The position numbers were made by a program, and so were the translations under genes. Positions 61,949 through 64,000 of a DNA stretch of 64,000 nt are shown here, in pieces. The notes below the pieces were generated by a model, which was not told where the DNA came from, made no database searches, and worked only from the letters and a program-made list of their open reading frames with translations. Where the stretch lies: sequence record ON287376.1. One strand, 5' to 3'. Within the stretch, counting starts at the first letter, position 1, and every line of letters starts with the position of its first letter.

Positions 61949-64000
61949 ATGGCGGATACCACGCAACGATTGTACGTTGATGGCGCAATGAGTCTAGCGC
62001 AGACGATGACAATCAAGTTCAACGCCGGTGCGGTAGCGATCAACAATTATTTAACCGAAATAGGTTACACCGTTGACCCTAATGTTCCATCCACTTGGCG
62101 TTACTACATGAACCTTGCTGGCAAGTATCATGTCAGTAATCAGCAAATGAAAGTGACCTCCTTGGACACCTTGGAGGAGATTGACTTCACATATGATAAC
62201 CTCTTAATCCACCGAGCTACTAAAGCAGCCTATAAGTACGGTTCCCGTTACTACAATGAACTTGTAGAACAATACCCAGAACAGGAATTGTTAATTCGGG
62301 GTGTTTTATGGCCAGTGGATATTGACAAGGCGATCGATGCCAAGGACTTCACTATCCTTTATTACGATAGTGACGAGGTTGATCCCAATGAAACGTATTT
62401 GATCCAGGATCTCCAAGAATGGATTTACCGGTTTACGTATCGTTGGTATCTAGTATTCGCTGCAGCTGTACAAAAATATTACCCGGCGACGTTTTTTGGG
62501 ACTTTATTTATTCACCTAGTAGGTGAGATAATCAGTATTCGTGAGAACTATTGCCGTACTCAATACGTGCATAGCTATCACCTTTGGGCGTACCTTGGTT
62601 CCCATGGCCGTCTGAATGCGTACAAGGATTACGTCAACATTACCCAGGCGTTGTGGTTGTACCGTAATATTCGCTACATCGATAACCACGCCGGTAAAAC
62701 GACTACCTTCGATGATCTTATCCTTAATATCTTGACAGCCCGTAACATCCCGCTGACAGCTTATTTCCTGCGCCATAACTCTAAGGATGTTCCTGAGTCT
62801 ATTCTTCCTGAAGGGGAAGTAGCTAAGGATCCTAAGAACTACCTGGCAGAGTCCGTTCAGGGTATCGAACGAATCTCAATTGGGGAAGCTCTGGATAACG
62901 AAGTTAACTCGGCTAAGGATAACGATAAGTATCTGGCCAAGCAGAAAATCGATGTTCCTATTCGAGTGGCTAACGCCATTACCGGTGAGCTGCCTACTAA
63001 GGTGCTCGAGTCGGTCATGATTGACCGTTCTGATTCTGTACCGCACAAGTTTGTTGATACGTTAATGGGTGAGTGGATCTATCTGGCGACTGAAGGTCGT
63101 TACGTAGCGAACATCACCATCCCTAACCCGGCTACGCAAGAAGCCATGTCGATGACGGTAAGGGAAGCCTTGATCCTTTGGGTCTACTGTGCGATGCGTC
63201 AGTTTGAAATGGTACTGGAAGACGTCCCTGATCTGACAGCCTGGTTTGTGCAACGTCTAGCAGCTCCTGAGTTCTCTGAACTGCGTGGTGTGTGCGAACC
63301 TAAGTATGTTAGTGAATCGGCTATCCTGATGGCTCTGACTGAGCATACCCCGGTGTCCACTATTATCTCGACTGAAGCGTTCTACAACACAGTAGCTCAG
63401 ATTCAAAGTAACATTAACGCCCATCGCGTCATGTACACACGTCAGCAAGACTTCCGTGCTCGTGGTCAGATGGAAGTGATGACCAATCGCTTTTACATCA
63501 ACAAGAAATGTCAGTTGTCAGCTACACCGATTAAATACGCAGACTGGTTCCACACCAAGAACTGGGATATGGAGTTGAGTTCCCCAGAAGCGTATTCCGA
63601 TTTCTGTTTCCAGTTAATAGAAGTTGCAACGGGTGCTAACTTGCGCTCGACAATATCGGTGTCCGATGTACACAGCGCCATGATAGCGATCATGACTCAA
63701 CTGTCCAGTTACTCTGTACAGTACGTCCACAAAACTAACGCTTCTCCAAACATCATTGTTGATAACCTGGCGATTCGTTTTGGTGGCATTGAGTCCCGCC
63801 CTAGCGCTGACTTTAAAATTGACCAACGCGTTGAAATCATTAACCAGTACCAACGTGGTAAACTCTCTCCTGACAAGTCTGCATTTGAAGGGATTGAGAT
63901 TGGCTCGAAGTATATTCATGCACCGCACTTCTACCGTGTGTTCTCGTCCGTGGACTTCCTGCCAGATACCCATGTTGCTACTCGTCACCAGATTGAGATC
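61949..64000 (+). CDS. Baseplate wedge-type virion protein, partial (runs off the window; absent from the ORF track)
   Basis: AGGAGG RBS, ATG 61949 (MADTTQRLYVDG...); frame open in the parts I translated (first ~270 codons and last ~33); ALWLYRNIRYIDNHAGKTTTF resembles P2 gpI/T4 gp7-type motif. Confidence 0.75.
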   Translation, partial: MADTTQRLYVDGAMSLAQTMTIKFNAGAVAINNYLTEIGYTVDPNVPSTWRYYMNLAGKYHVSNQQMKVTSLDTLEEIDFTYDNLLIHRATKAAYKYGSRYYNELVEQYPEQELLIRGVLWPVDIDKAIDAKDFTILYYDSDEVDPNETYLIQDLQEWIYRFTYRWYLVFAAAVQKYYPATFFGTLFIHLVGEIISIRENYCRTQYVHSYHLWAYLGSHGRLNAYKDYVNITQALWLYRNIRYIDNHAGKTTTFDDLILNILTARNIPLTAYFLRHNSKDVPESILPEGEVAKDPKNYLAESVQGIERISIGEALDNEVNSAKDNDKYLAKQKIDVPIRVANAITGELPTKVLESVMIDRSDSVPHKFVDTLMGEWIYLATEGRYVANITIPNPATQEAMSMTVREALILWVYCAMRQFEMVLEDVPDLTAWFVQRLAAPEFSELRGVCEPKYVSESAILMALTEHTPVSTIISTEAFYNTVAQIQSNINAHRVMYTRQQDFRARGQMEVMTNRFYINKKCQLSATPIKYADWFHTKNWDMELSSPEAYSDFCFQLIEVATGANLRSTISVSDVHSAMIAIMTQLSSYSVQYVHKTNASPNIIVDNLAIRFGGIESRPSADFKIDQRVEIINQYQRGKLSPDKSAFEGIEIGSKYIHAPHFYRVFSSVDFLPDTHVATRHQIEI

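Noticed and set aside
1-64000. CRISPR array, rRNA, IS/transposase, integrase
   Set aside because: No regularly spaced repeats, rRNA-like sequence or transposase/integrase motifs seen

Overview
This window comes from a phiKZ-like jumbo myophage genome (Chimalliviridae/SPN3US-type) and covers the core structural and transcription region. Recognisable genes: major capsid protein, portal, DnaB-like helicase, split RNA polymerase subunits (virion beta-prime C-terminal part; non-virion beta N-terminal part), the exonuclease/palm half of a split family-B DNA polymerase, baseplate/neck proteins, and an expanded family of protease-processed head proteins. An accessory region (1-14 kb) holds an SF2 helicase, GNATs, a SLOG/DprA-like protein and a GIY-YIG endonuclease. 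phiKZ gp equivalents are from recall of motifs, size and synteny, not from alignments I ran. The most unusual signal is a 1.1-kb tandem array (2.65-3.78 kb) with one canonical tRNA-Tyr and eight other structured RNAs, seven of them non-canonical tRNA-like. Two share a covarying G-1:C73 acceptor stem with a bulged U and encoded CCA, three have tetraloop-capped 'anticodon' arms, and one has a tRNA-like acceptor/T domain around a ~130-nt interior. Also notable: a further orphan structured RNA at 4.4-4.64 kb, an apparently catalytically dead paralog of the GIY-YIG endonuclease, and a recurring CATA-hairpin-TATG intergenic cassette.
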